A stretch of DNA of 64,000 nucleotides, taken from NCBI GenBank assembly GCA_964594455.1, contig CAZQLY010000001.1, positions 133,989 to 197,988 of the forward strand. Direction: 5' to 3'. How positions within the stretch are numbered: position 1 is the stretch's first letter; every line of letters starts with the position of its first letter. The notes under the pieces are model-generated. The model was not told the origin of the DNA. It ran no database searches and saw nothing but the letters and a program-made list of their open reading frames with translations. Position numbers and translations under genes: made by a program. Of the stretch, positions 39,766 to 49,048 are shown piece by piece. The DNA comes from an uncultured Gammaproteobacteria bacterium (GTDB taxonomy: Bacteria; Patescibacteriota; Patescibacteriia; JAHIZJ01).

Positions 39766-40413
39766 ATGCCCGCCCCAAAGTATTTAAAGGACAAAGATCC
39801 TTGGATGTTGGCCGAGGATATTCCTGATATGGATTTTGCCTTTGGGCAGATTTGGTTATCCTGTTTTGTAAATGAATTTGCTAAACCAGCCGGCCGTGCT
39901 TATAAAAAAATATTGGCAATTTTTAAAGGTTACCACTTGTGGTTTTATTATGGTGAAAAAGATTCAAACCGAGTAGGTGAGCACATAGTAAAAAAGTTCT
40001 GTGTTTATTATGCAGAGAAAGGCGTGGATAAAGTTTTCTTAAGAAAACAAGCCAAAGAATTGGCACAGCAAACACAACGTGATATTGGCGCAGAAGCCGA
40101 AATATCTGGACAGACGGGTTGTGTTGGCCGAGCTATTGGTGTAGTAAAGAAGATATTTCGTCCAGAAGGTATGGGCAAGATGAAAAAAGGCGATATACTC
40201 GTTTCCATAGCCACTGATCCAGATATAGTTCCAGCTATGAAAAAGGCCGCCGCCATCGTTACTGAACAAGGAGGAGTCACTTCGCACGCCGCTATCGTTT
40301 CTCGCGAAATGAACATACCTTGCGTGATTGGCACAAAAATTGCCACCAAAGTTTTGAATGATGGCGATAAAGTTGAAGTTGATGCCAATAAGGGTATTGT
40401 AAGGAAAATATGA
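39766..40413 (+). CDS. PEP-utilizer phosphohistidine (swivel) domain protein, paralog 1 (short N-terminal domain)
   Basis: C-terminal GDILVS..TDPDIVPAMKKAAAIVTEQGGVTSHAAIVSREMNIPCVIGT...VEVDANKGIVRKI: PF00391-type mobile domain with the catalytic His in GG.TSHAAI. Confidence 0.7.
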   Translation: MPAPKYLKDKDPWMLAEDIPDMDFAFGQIWLSCFVNEFAKPAGRAYKKILAIFKGYHLWFYYGEKDSNRVGEHIVKKFCVYYAEKGVDKVFLRKQAKELAQQTQRDIGAEAEISGQTGCVGRAIGVVKKIFRPEGMGKMKKGDILVSIATDPDIVPAMKKAAAIVTEQGGVTSHAAIVSREMNIPCVIGTKIATKVLNDGDKVEVDANKGIVRKI

Positions 40414-41432
40414 AGCTAGAATACGAAAAGCACCAGAGGAATTATACACTCCTGGCTGTGTCTTTGGTTATGGAAGAAATGATGAAAAGCCAACATTCCA
40501 AACTTTTTATCAATCCTTCGCAACCCATGTATATATATGTAAAAAACGGAGTGCTTTATCATTTTATCTCGGTGGCTAATTACTATAGTTGGACTGATCA
40601 GTGGATTAAAAAATATGATTATAAAAAAATAAAGAAGCTTTTTGATAAAAGAATAACTCAGCTCTTGGAATTCCATAAATATATTAAAAGAGATAAGCTT
40701 GATTTAGTACAGGCTGTAGATAAAATAAGTTGGTATATACTTGAGTTGCTGGACATTATAATGTTAGCCGCTTATTTGAAAGTTTATTCTACCGTGGACG
40801 ACAAAAAAACTAAAAAAATTTTAAACAAAGCCCGGCGGGAATTTGAATCTGTCCATAGGGTGGCGATAGATTTTCAGGCAAAACTGCTTAATAAAATTGA
40901 AAAAGAGAAAAATATTAAAAAGGGTAGTTTGTCCCATCTATCGATTGAGGAATATCGACGCTGGCTAAAAACTAAAAAACTTCCCTTAGGTGCATCAGCT
41001 CGCAATAAATTTTTAATGCTAGAACACTCAGGTAAGGGTGAGAGAATTTTGAACAACAAACAAGCTAAGGATCTATTAAGGAAAATAGACACCCGCGTTA
41101 ATAATAAAAATGTTAAATCAGCCAAAGGCATGTCTGCTTACCAGGGAGTCGTTAAGGGGAAAACCAAAATAATCATGGTTTTGAATCAGATACCTAAGTT
41201 TAAAAAAGATGAAATACTGGTTACTCCAATGACTGATCCACGCTACTTACCGGCCATGAAAAAAGCCTCAGCTATAGTGACTGACGAAGGTGGTGTTACT
41301 TGTCATGCTGCCATTGTAGCTCGAGAGTTAAAAAAACCATGCGTGATCGGAACAAAAATATCAACTCAAGTCTTCAAAAACGGTGACCGAGTTGAGGTTG
41401 ATGCTAACAAGGGTATTATTAGAAAAATATGA
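40410..41432 (+). CDS. PEP-utilizer phosphohistidine (swivel) domain protein, paralog 2
   Basis: C-terminal DEILVTPMTDPRYLPAMKKASAIVTDEGGVTCHAAIVARELKKPCVIGT; N-terminal about 250 aa K/N-rich helical domain unrelated to ATP-grasp. Confidence 0.7.
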   Translation: MKLEYEKHQRNYTLLAVSLVMEEMMKSQHSKLFINPSQPMYIYVKNGVLYHFISVANYYSWTDQWIKKYDYKKIKKLFDKRITQLLEFHKYIKRDKLDLVQAVDKISWYILELLDIIMLAAYLKVYSTVDDKKTKKILNKARREFESVHRVAIDFQAKLLNKIEKEKNIKKGSLSHLSIEEYRRWLKTKKLPLGASARNKFLMLEHSGKGERILNNKQAKDLLRKIDTRVNNKNVKSAKGMSAYQGVVKGKTKIIMVLNQIPKFKKDEILVTPMTDPRYLPAMKKASAIVTDEGGVTCHAAIVARELKKPCVIGTKISTQVFKNGDRVEVDANKGIIRKI

Positions 41433-42031
41433 AGTCTGAGATAAAGATAATTATTTTAGATGGGTACGGAATTATTCTGAGTCGGGGTTATCCTGACACC
41501 GTAAATTATTTGCATAAAAGATATAAGTTAGATAAGACTGAGCTACAAAAAGTTTTTTATAAAAAGTATTTTAATCTCGCAGCTGAAAGAAAAATAACTC
41601 AAAAGCAGGCCTGGCAAATACCAGTTGAGGAATTAGGTATTCCTATGACCTGGCAAGAAGTAAGAGCTTTGCACATGAGCCTATTTAGAATTAATAAGCC
41701 AGTTATGAAGTTAATCAACCAACTGCGAAATAAATATAAGGTTATCATGTTAAGCAAGAATACCAGATCTCAATTTGCTGATACCAAGAAGCTCTTTCCC
41801 AAGGTCTGGAAAAGTTTGGATGGAGTGATCAATACTTGGGAATTAAGCCTTCCCAAGGCCTCAAAAAGGACGATTTTGGAGATTTGTCGTCGATTTCGGG
41901 TAAAACCATCAGAAATAGTCTATGCTGACGATCAGAAGGTAAATTTGATTGAGCCAAAAAAAATGGGTGTTAAAACTATATTCTATAAATCATTCAAACA
42001 ATTCGATAGTGATTTGCGCAAATATTTATGA
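41429..42031 (+). CDS. HAD-superfamily hydrolase-like protein
   Basis: IIILDGYGIIL at the N-terminus (degenerate motif I) and K...VYADD motif III; embedded in the swivel-protein array. Confidence 0.45.
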   Translation: MKSEIKIIILDGYGIILSRGYPDTVNYLHKRYKLDKTELQKVFYKKYFNLAAERKITQKQAWQIPVEELGIPMTWQEVRALHMSLFRINKPVMKLINQLRNKYKVIMLSKNTRSQFADTKKLFPKVWKSLDGVINTWELSLPKASKRTILEICRRFRVKPSEIVYADDQKVNLIEPKKMGVKTIFYKSFKQFDSDLRKYL

Positions 42032-43509
42032 AAAGTAAAGCTCAATGGATAGAAACATCACGGCGAGGAAAGGCTCAACCACTTTTGGTTGTAGATGCTG
42101 TTATAGATTTGTATAAACAGAAATACTTTCAAAAAGCTCATAGAAGCAAATGGGGACCAAAGAACTATCGACAGTTTGATTCTGCTAGTTGGTTTGGAGT
42201 CAAGGATTACCAAGAATATCAAGACTTGCTGACGTTAGCAGCTGATAGTAAAGACCAGAAGTTATTGAAGTATGGTCGGGAGTACGAAAAAAGAATAATT
42301 GCTCACAGGACATTTGCTGACAAATATAGTAATTATGATTTTTACGGTCTTAGCAACAAAGAATTAAGAAAAATATTCAGTCAGTGGTTTGAGCTGACTA
42401 AGAGGTTTTGGTCATTTGCTTATGACTATATTTTTATCAACAAATTTCTACCTGACATAGTAACATCTGTAGTCGCCTCTAAGGTTCTAGATGTTAAAAA
42501 GCAGAATAAGTATCTAGGAATTCTGTTTGAAGCTGATGAACCCTCAGAGCTTAGACAGGAGAAAAAAAATTTATTGGAGATAGTGAAGTATATACGCAAC
42601 AAGAAAACAGACCTGAACAATGACATTGTTCATCGTAAATTGTCTAAACATTTAAATGAATATGCCCATCTAGGTTTTTACTATTTTAGAGGGTCATCAT
42701 ATAATTTATCCGACCTTAAAAAAAGAGTTAGTGAATACTTGAAAATAAATAGAATAGATTTTAATAAAATCGAATCAGATTTTAATAAACAGAACAAAAA
42801 TAATGCATTAGTCAAAGGAGTCATTAGAGAATTGAAACTTGATAAAAAAACTGTTGATTACATCAGATATATAAAACGTTGGGGTAGTTTATCAAACAAA
42901 GTTGACGAGACTTACGGTTACGTAGTTCACAAATGTTGGGGCCTCTGGCATGAAATCGCCAAGAGGTTTGGAATTTCTTATCAAGAATTTTATCATCTGA
43001 CCGGTACTGAAATAATTAAAAACTTAGATAGAGCTCAGCTTCCCCAGAAGTTAAAAAATAAAATTAAATTAAGACACAAAGATCATGCTCTAGTTTTAGA
43101 AAATAATAAGAAAAGCATTTATGTTGGCAATGAGCTGCGGAGCTACAGCTTGAGGGAAAAACAAGATAAAAGTTTTAACAAAAACGTAAAGGAATTGAAA
43201 GGCCAGCCAGTGTCACCGGGCCAAAAAAAGGGCAGAGTGATAATAGTACATACTGTGCATGATGTTAGAAAAGTGGAAAGAGGCGATATTATAGTAGCAA
43301 ATTCCACTAACCCTACCTATGTTCCGGCCATGGAGCGGGCTGGAGCCATAGTAACCGACGAAGGCGGATTGCTTTCTCATGCTGCTATAGTTTCCCGAGA
43401 ACTTAAGGTTCCTTGTGTTGTTGGCACAAAAATAGCTACCCGTGTTCTCAAAGATGGTGATATAATAAATGTGGATGCTGAAAAAGGAATTATTAAAATA
43501 GTTTCATAA
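42028..43509 (+). CDS. PEP-utilizer phosphohistidine (swivel) domain protein, paralog 3 (longest)
   Basis: C-terminal GDIIVANSTNPTYVPAMERAGAIVTDEGGLLSHAAIVSRELKVPCVVGT; about 400 aa novel N-terminal region. Confidence 0.7.
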   Translation: MKSKAQWIETSRRGKAQPLLVVDAVIDLYKQKYFQKAHRSKWGPKNYRQFDSASWFGVKDYQEYQDLLTLAADSKDQKLLKYGREYEKRIIAHRTFADKYSNYDFYGLSNKELRKIFSQWFELTKRFWSFAYDYIFINKFLPDIVTSVVASKVLDVKKQNKYLGILFEADEPSELRQEKKNLLEIVKYIRNKKTDLNNDIVHRKLSKHLNEYAHLGFYYFRGSSYNLSDLKKRVSEYLKINRIDFNKIESDFNKQNKNNALVKGVIRELKLDKKTVDYIRYIKRWGSLSNKVDETYGYVVHKCWGLWHEIAKRFGISYQEFYHLTGTEIIKNLDRAQLPQKLKNKIKLRHKDHALVLENNKKSIYVGNELRSYSLREKQDKSFNKNVKELKGQPVSPGQKKGRVIIVHTVHDVRKVERGDIIVANSTNPTYVPAMERAGAIVTDEGGLLSHAAIVSRELKVPCVVGTKIATRVLKDGDIINVDAEKGIIKIVS

Positions 43510-43510
43510 T

Positions 43511-44587
43511 ATGGTCAAAAAAGTTATCTACGAAGCTCATCCGCGAGACTATACTATTGTTGGTATATCGGAAGTTGCTCGTCATTATTGTACTAGCGGC
43601 TGGAAAGAGTTTAATGGACAGTTATTGGATGAATTTATCAACGTAATTGAGAACGGGAAATATATTTACTATGTTGAAGAGGACGGGCTTAATAAAATCA
43701 GCCAAGCGTTTATTAGATATAGGTTAAACAAGAACAAAGTTGATTTGCTGGGCATGTGGAAGAGGTTTGATAAAATGGTCGATGATTATTTCTCTCTGAT
43801 AAAATTACCCTACAGCAAATATTCCAAATATATGCTGTTGGATTTTTATGATTATTATATTAAGCTTCTGGGTCCGGCCTACACTGGTGCTTATGCTTTG
43901 GAATATATTGATGAAGTCAAGCCCTCAATAAAAAAACAGTTTACCGGTATTGCAAAAAAATTTCGCGACAAAGGAGAACTTATTTACAAAGACGGAGAAA
44001 GCAGGTTCATTCCAAAATATTTGAAATGGCTGTCCAAAAAAGAGTTGCCACAATACACTCCAGAACTAATGCAGTACATTTCGTGTAATGAAATGAAAAC
44101 CTGGCTTTTAACAAATAAAGGTTTGCCCAGTCCAAAAGAATTAAGATCAAGAAAGAAATTATTTGTCTTGAAGTATTATCCTGATGATAAGTTCCAAATC
44201 ATGACAGGCCAAAAGGCAAAAAAATATCTTAATAACATCAGATTAATGGAGCGCAGTACCTCGGGTGTTAAAAAGATGACAGGCACAACCGGTTATCCCG
44301 GAGTGGTTAAAGGTGTTGTAAAGATTGTGCGCTATCAGCATGAGATGAAAGGATTTAAAAACGGGCAGGTGCTGGTTTCTCCCATGACTCAGCCCAGCTT
44401 TTTAACCGTCATGAAAAAGGCTTCAGCCTTTATCACGGAAGAAGGTGGAACGCTTAGCCACGCCGCTATTGTGGCTCGAGAATTAAAAAAGCCTTGCGTT
44501 TTGGGAACAAAAGTTGCTACTAAAGTATTGAGAAATGGAGATAGAGTGACGGTAAACGCCACTACCGGAACCGTAAACAAGTTGTAG
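43511..44587 (+). CDS. PEP-utilizer phosphohistidine (swivel) domain protein, paralog 4
   Basis: C-terminal GQVLVSPMTQPSFLTVMKKASAFITEEGGTLSHAAIVARELKKPCVLGT; its N-terminal region shares short blocks with paralog 2 (YLKWLSKKELP vs YRRWLKTKKLP; GYPGVVKG vs AYQGVVKG). Confidence 0.7.
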   Translation: MVKKVIYEAHPRDYTIVGISEVARHYCTSGWKEFNGQLLDEFINVIENGKYIYYVEEDGLNKISQAFIRYRLNKNKVDLLGMWKRFDKMVDDYFSLIKLPYSKYSKYMLLDFYDYYIKLLGPAYTGAYALEYIDEVKPSIKKQFTGIAKKFRDKGELIYKDGESRFIPKYLKWLSKKELPQYTPELMQYISCNEMKTWLLTNKGLPSPKELRSRKKLFVLKYYPDDKFQIMTGQKAKKYLNNIRLMERSTSGVKKMTGTTGYPGVVKGVVKIVRYQHEMKGFKNGQVLVSPMTQPSFLTVMKKASAFITEEGGTLSHAAIVARELKKPCVLGTKVATKVLRNGDRVTVNATTGTVNKL

Positions 44588-44636
44588 ATTTGCTTAGTCA
44601 GGTTTTAACGTATATAATCAAAAAAAGTTTAAAGAT

Positions 44637-45074
44637 ATGGACTATTTATACGGAGTAACAAATTACAGTTTCTTTGATTCTTATTGGGCGGCTATCCACT
44701 TTGGTTCTGGTTTGCTGATCGGCTTATTGATTATCTTGATTTTTAGAATGGTTGATAAAAAAAGGTATTTTGGGTTTGGGATGTCCTTATTGGTATTTTG
44801 GGAGATATTTGAGTTTTTTATTCGGATACTAAACGAGTATTTTCCTAAATCTGCAGAAAAGCTAACCTTCATACCCGAAACCATGTTTCAGTCAGAAAGC
44901 ATAATTAATATTCTTAGCGATTTAATACTGGGATATATCGGCTTGGCGATTATTTATTGGATATTTGTTCGTCAGTCCGGTCTCGATCCCGATAACACAG
45001 AATATTATGATAAAAGTAAAGATAAAACGCCTCCACCCAGAAATGCGCCCCCCGACATACGGACGACCGAATGA
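44637..45074 (+). CDS. Membrane protein, hypothetical
   Basis: 3-4 TM helices; its 3' end overlaps the dut start by about 70 nt in another frame, so the true extent is uncertain. Confidence 0.4.
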   Translation: MDYLYGVTNYSFFDSYWAAIHFGSGLLIGLLIILIFRMVDKKRYFGFGMSLLVFWEIFEFFIRILNEYFPKSAEKLTFIPETMFQSESIINILSDLILGYIGLAIIYWIFVRQSGLDPDNTEYYDKSKDKTPPPRNAPPDIRTTE

Positions 45075-45432
45075 TGCTGGTCTGGATATTTTTGCATGCG
45101 GTGATCACACACTAAAACCTGGTCGGAGGTATGCCATACCAACAGGTTTTGCTATCGAAATACCCAAAGGTTTCGCTGGCTTGGTTTGGGACAAAGGTGG
45201 CCCGGCTTTTAAGTATGGAATTCATTGTTTAGCTGGTGTACTGGATGCCGGATACCGAGGAGAGCTGAAAATTGTCCTTTTAAATACCAGCGACAAAGAG
45301 TACCAGATAAAACTTGGCGATAAATTGGCTCAATTATTGATTCAGTCGGTAGAATCAGTTAAAATAGAGGAAGTAGATATATTAAGCGATACCGAGCGTG
45401 GAGAAGGAAGATTTGGCAGCACCGGCCGGTAA
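45007..45432 (+). CDS. dut: dUTP diphosphatase
   Basis: MIKVKIKRLHPE start, AGLDI, GLVWDKGG, RGEGRFGSTG dUTPase motifs. Start chosen at ATG 45007 rather than the track's 44965. Confidence 0.8.
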   Translation: MIKVKIKRLHPEMRPPTYGRPNDAGLDIFACGDHTLKPGRRYAIPTGFAIEIPKGFAGLVWDKGGPAFKYGIHCLAGVLDAGYRGELKIVLLNTSDKEYQIKLGDKLAQLLIQSVESVKIEEVDILSDTERGEGRFGSTGR

Positions 45433-45441
45433 AAATCATCA

Positions 45442-47142
45442 ATGGCAAAATTTACCAAAGAAGAAATAAAATTATTAAAGAAATATATCACTAACCCTAC
45501 GGGTGATGTTTTTTGTATTACGGGACTAGAAGGAATGGTCGGAGCGGCTTACGCTCGGTACAGCCGGGCCAGGGGCGGTTTTCGAGAGGTTTTATTAAAC
45601 GAATTCATAAAAGAAGGCGTAGTTGATCCATTACACGCGGAAGAATTGATTCAGCGGGTATTAATCGCTTTTGGAGATGATTCGGTTGGTGAATTAGAAG
45701 GCGCTCATTTGTCAGTTGAGAATGTTTCAGTGTTAGGCACAAAAGAGATGGAAGAGTGTCGTATTGGCGGATCACCGATTGAGCAGTCAACCCGCTATGT
45801 TTTTTACGATCAAAAAAAAGATGATGGTGAACATAGATATTACCGAGACCCCAAGATTATGCAGTCGCAGCATGCCAAGGAGTATACTGAGACGATGGAT
45901 TTCTTTTTCCAAACCTACTGCGATTTGATTGAGCCGATGAAGAAGTATTATAAGAAACTTAAGTCTTTAAAATCTGCCGAGTACGATATCAAGGGTACTG
46001 GCAATAAACAGCACTTCGAAGAACTGACCAGCGAAGAAGACAAAAAAGCCTTCAAGATGACTTACTCAATGGACTTGAGAACTAGAGCTTGTGATGCTTT
46101 GCGCTATATTTTGCCGATAGCTACTCAAACAAATGTAGGCTGGTTTGGGAATGGAAGGTTTTATCAAGGAATGTTGTCTAGTCTATATTCTAGCCCCTTT
46201 ACCGAAACTCAAAACATCGCTAAATCTGCTCAAGAGGAATTAAACAAAGTTATACCAGCTTACGTGAAAAGAGCCAATAAAAATGATTATCAAACAACGA
46301 TTGATAAAGAGATGTATCAGTTGGCTAATGAAGTCACAAAAAAGTATGATATTTTACCGGGCGAGGAAGTCGGACTATTGGATTCCGGGGTACATTATAT
46401 ATCTCACAAGCTGGGAGATGGCTATATCACATTAGAAAAAGTAAGAAAAACAATCCAAGATCGTCATGACAACGTAACGATTGCCATGATGCTATACGCC
46501 TATTCGAAGCACCCGCTGAAACAGCTGGTTAATTATATAGTTCCAAATTTAACAGACGATCATAAGAAGCAGGTTATTAAAACATATGTAGGCAATCGAC
46601 GCACTCGACGCGATCGGCCATATCGGGCTTTAGAATCTGGTTATCCCTATACCTTTGATTTAGTAACTGACTTTGGTGTTTACAAGGATTTAATGAGACA
46701 CCGAATGACCTCACAGTTGCGCCAGAGGTTTTCACCATTATTGGGCTTTGTCGTGCCGGATGATATTAAGAAAGCTGGATTTGAAAAAGAGTTCTTAAAT
46801 TGCCACCAAAAGTCATCAGAGCTGTATAATAAACTCTTCAAAGAATTTCCCGACGAAGCATCATACGCCACCCTTCATGGTTCAAAAGTCCGCTGGCTGA
46901 TTGGTTTTAATGAGCGCGAGGCTTATCATCTTTTGGAACTAAGGACCACTCCCCAAGGACACACTGCATATAGAAAGATTGCCCAGCAAATGCATAAGAA
47001 AATAAAAGAAGTAAGCCAGTGGAGAGCTGATAACATGAAGTTTGTTGATTACAATGATTACCAATGGGCTAGAGCCGATTCCGAGGCACGGCAAAGGGTA
47101 AAAGAGCGTGAACTGGAAGAAAAGTTAAAGCATAAAAAATAG
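45442..47142 (+). CDS. thyX: Flavin-dependent thymidylate synthase ThyX, long form
   Basis: ThyX signature RHRMTS...S (RHR-x2-S) in the C-terminal half; at 566 aa it is about twice a canonical ThyX. Confidence 0.65.
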   Translation: MAKFTKEEIKLLKKYITNPTGDVFCITGLEGMVGAAYARYSRARGGFREVLLNEFIKEGVVDPLHAEELIQRVLIAFGDDSVGELEGAHLSVENVSVLGTKEMEECRIGGSPIEQSTRYVFYDQKKDDGEHRYYRDPKIMQSQHAKEYTETMDFFFQTYCDLIEPMKKYYKKLKSLKSAEYDIKGTGNKQHFEELTSEEDKKAFKMTYSMDLRTRACDALRYILPIATQTNVGWFGNGRFYQGMLSSLYSSPFTETQNIAKSAQEELNKVIPAYVKRANKNDYQTTIDKEMYQLANEVTKKYDILPGEEVGLLDSGVHYISHKLGDGYITLEKVRKTIQDRHDNVTIAMMLYAYSKHPLKQLVNYIVPNLTDDHKKQVIKTYVGNRRTRRDRPYRALESGYPYTFDLVTDFGVYKDLMRHRMTSQLRQRFSPLLGFVVPDDIKKAGFEKEFLNCHQKSSELYNKLFKEFPDEASYATLHGSKVRWLIGFNEREAYHLLELRTTPQGHTAYRKIAQQMHKKIKEVSQWRADNMKFVDYNDYQWARADSEARQRVKERELEEKLKHKK

Positions 47143-47176
47143 TCCGGACAAATCAAAACATCCGGCTGTTTTTTTA
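47143..47176 (+). terminator. Rho-independent terminator after thyX
   Basis: tccgga-caaatcaaaaca-tccgg then ttttttt. Confidence 0.65.
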
Positions 47177-47182
47177 TACACA

Positions 47183-47211
47183 TTGACACTACCTATTAAT
47201 TAAAATAAAAT
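47183..47211 (+). promoter_or_regulatory. Sigma70-like promoter (TTGACA, 17 nt, TAAAAT) for tdk
   Basis: ttgacactacctattaattaaaataaaat, followed by the 5'-UTR hairpin tgtgcg-gaggaa-cgcaca at 47213-47232. Confidence 0.5.
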
Positions 47212-47273
47212 CTGTGCGGAGGAACGCACATTATAGCCAAATCAGACATGAGAATAAAAGGAGGTGATTGGTT

Positions 47274-47915
47274 ATGGCTTGGGGCCCGAAAATAATCGTA
47301 GTCATCGGTTCAATGTATTCTGGTAAGACCGGTTTTCTTTTCCGTCTAGCGAGGCAACTTATCAGGATGAAGCGTCACGGCACAAATATTCCGTTTGTGT
47401 GGTTAAGGCCATCTATCGATACACGCGATGGAGACCAGAGTATGATCGTAACTCGCAACAGGGAAGTGTTGGAAGGCGTGGAAGCCATCATCTTTCGGGC
47501 CAGTCGACCCAGCGATATCCTGCGTCATCCGCAAGTGAGAGAGGCTAAGCTGGTTTTCATCGACGAATTGCAGTTTGCCGGCGCTCGACTTTATCGCACC
47601 GTGATAAAACTTCATGAGATGGGAAAACGAGTGATTCTTGCTGGGCTAGACATCGACCACATGGGTAGACCATTTGATACCACCGCCCGGGTTGCGCTAA
47701 TACCCGAAGCTAAAGTATTCAAATTGCGTGATGGCGTTTGCATCAGATGCGGTGCAGTAGCTACGCATTCGCTGCGATTGATAGATGGTATACCCGCACC
47801 AGCAGACTCTCCCAGATTTATGGTTCAAGGTCAAGAAAAGGTTGATTACGAACCCGTATGTAGGAGGTGTCAGATAGGGGCATATGATAAAGCCGGCATT
47901 AGTTTCTTCTTCTAG
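47274..47915 (+). CDS. tdk: Thymidine kinase (GC-rich islet)
   Basis: P-loop GSMYSGKTG, C-terminal zinc ribbon (CIRCG...CRRC); AAGGAGGTG SD 9 nt upstream of the ATG (the track's TTG at 47268 is too close to the SD). Confidence 0.8.
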   Translation: MAWGPKIIVVIGSMYSGKTGFLFRLARQLIRMKRHGTNIPFVWLRPSIDTRDGDQSMIVTRNREVLEGVEAIIFRASRPSDILRHPQVREAKLVFIDELQFAGARLYRTVIKLHEMGKRVILAGLDIDHMGRPFDTTARVALIPEAKVFKLRDGVCIRCGAVATHSLRLIDGIPAPADSPRFMVQGQEKVDYEPVCRRCQIGAYDKAGISFFF

Positions 47916-47968
47916 CCTTAGCCTTCAGCTCACTAGAGTGAAGGCTTTTTTTATGGTAAAATAATGGC

Positions 47969-48403
47969 ATGAATTACTTACTAACATTTGCCTGGATTGT
48001 AGTCACATTTGCCTCAATTTCTTTCTGGGAGGCTTATATTGAGGGCCATCATGGAGGAGCTTCCAAGCAGGTGGGCTGGGTCTGGAACATATTTGGATTG
48101 AGATTAACAGGCTATCATGTGATGCTCTTCGGGGTAACTATTCCGCTTTTTCTGCTGATGCCTTTTATCGCTTATGGTTATGACGGCAAATTACTAGTTA
48201 CAGTTGTTATCGGATATTTGATTGGAATAGTAGTCGAAGATTTCTTGTGGTTCGTGGTTAATCCAGTTTACCCGCTAAGAGACTTCCGTCCAGAAAAAGT
48301 TTGGTGGTTCCCTTGGATTAAGTTAGGCAAGTTCAGGTTGCCGTTTTTCTACCCACTAGCAATTGTCATTGCCCTGGTTTTATACTTTTTATTTCTCAGA
48401 TAA
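47969..48403 (+). CDS. Membrane protein, hypothetical
   Basis: 4 TM helices, Trp/Phe-rich. Confidence 0.5.
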   Translation: MNYLLTFAWIVVTFASISFWEAYIEGHHGGASKQVGWVWNIFGLRLTGYHVMLFGVTIPLFLLMPFIAYGYDGKLLVTVVIGYLIGIVVEDFLWFVVNPVYPLRDFRPEKVWWFPWIKLGKFRLPFFYPLAIVIALVLYFLFLR

Positions 48404-48427
48404 AGTGTGTTAAAATTAGTTTGAATT

Positions 48428-49048
48428 ATGAAAAGAAACGGATATTTAATTGCCATTTACGGCATAAACAATTTAGGCAAGACCACTCAGGCAAAAAGAC
48501 TGGTGGATTTTTTGAATAAGAATGATTGGCCGGCTGAGTATGTGAAATACCCGGTTTATAGACAAAAGCCTTCCGGTCAGTATATTAATCAGATTCTCAG
48601 GAGAACGACTGAACAGCCGATCTCCGAGGAAGAATTTCAGATGTGGTATACTGTTAACCGTTTCCAATACGAGCCGGTGATAAAAAAGAAAATGGATAAT
48701 GGAAAAATCATCGTGGCTGAAGATTATATAGGGACTGGCTTAGCCTGGGGTGCCACAAAGGGGGCTAGCTTGGATTGGCTAGTCGAGATGAATGAACCTC
48801 TCCACAAAGAGGATTTGGCTATATTATTTGATGGTGAAAGATTTCCCGACGGCAAGGAAAAAAAACATCTACACGAGACAGACGATATATTAATGAAACG
48901 CTGTCGTCGCTGGCATCAGAAGTTAGCCGAAATGTACGGCTGGAAATTGGTAAACGCGAATCAAAAAGTAGATGAAGTCCATCAAGACGTCTTGGAGATC
49001 GTATCACAATTTTTGAGGAGTAAAGAAATATGGCAGAAAAAAAAGTAG
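48428..49048 (+). CDS. Thymidylate kinase-like dNMP kinase
   Basis: P-loop IAIYGINNLGKTTQ, DYIGTGLAWGATKG (like Tmk DRY..S..AYQ); divergent. Confidence 0.55.
   Translation: MKRNGYLIAIYGINNLGKTTQAKRLVDFLNKNDWPAEYVKYPVYRQKPSGQYINQILRRTTEQPISEEEFQMWYTVNRFQYEPVIKKKMDNGKIIVAEDYIGTGLAWGATKGASLDWLVEMNEPLHKEDLAILFDGERFPDGKEKKHLHETDDILMKRCRRWHQKLAEMYGWKLVNANQKVDEVHQDVLEIVSQFLRSKEIWQKKK

Noticed and set aside
39766-44587. Interpreting the four swivel-domain genes as a frameshifted or fragmented single ppsA/ppdK gene
   Set aside because: Each ORF ends with a complete copy of the same roughly 80-aa domain and its own stop, with 1-4 nt overlaps typical of real operon genes. A fragmented gene would show the domain once, plus ATP-grasp and TIM-barrel pieces.
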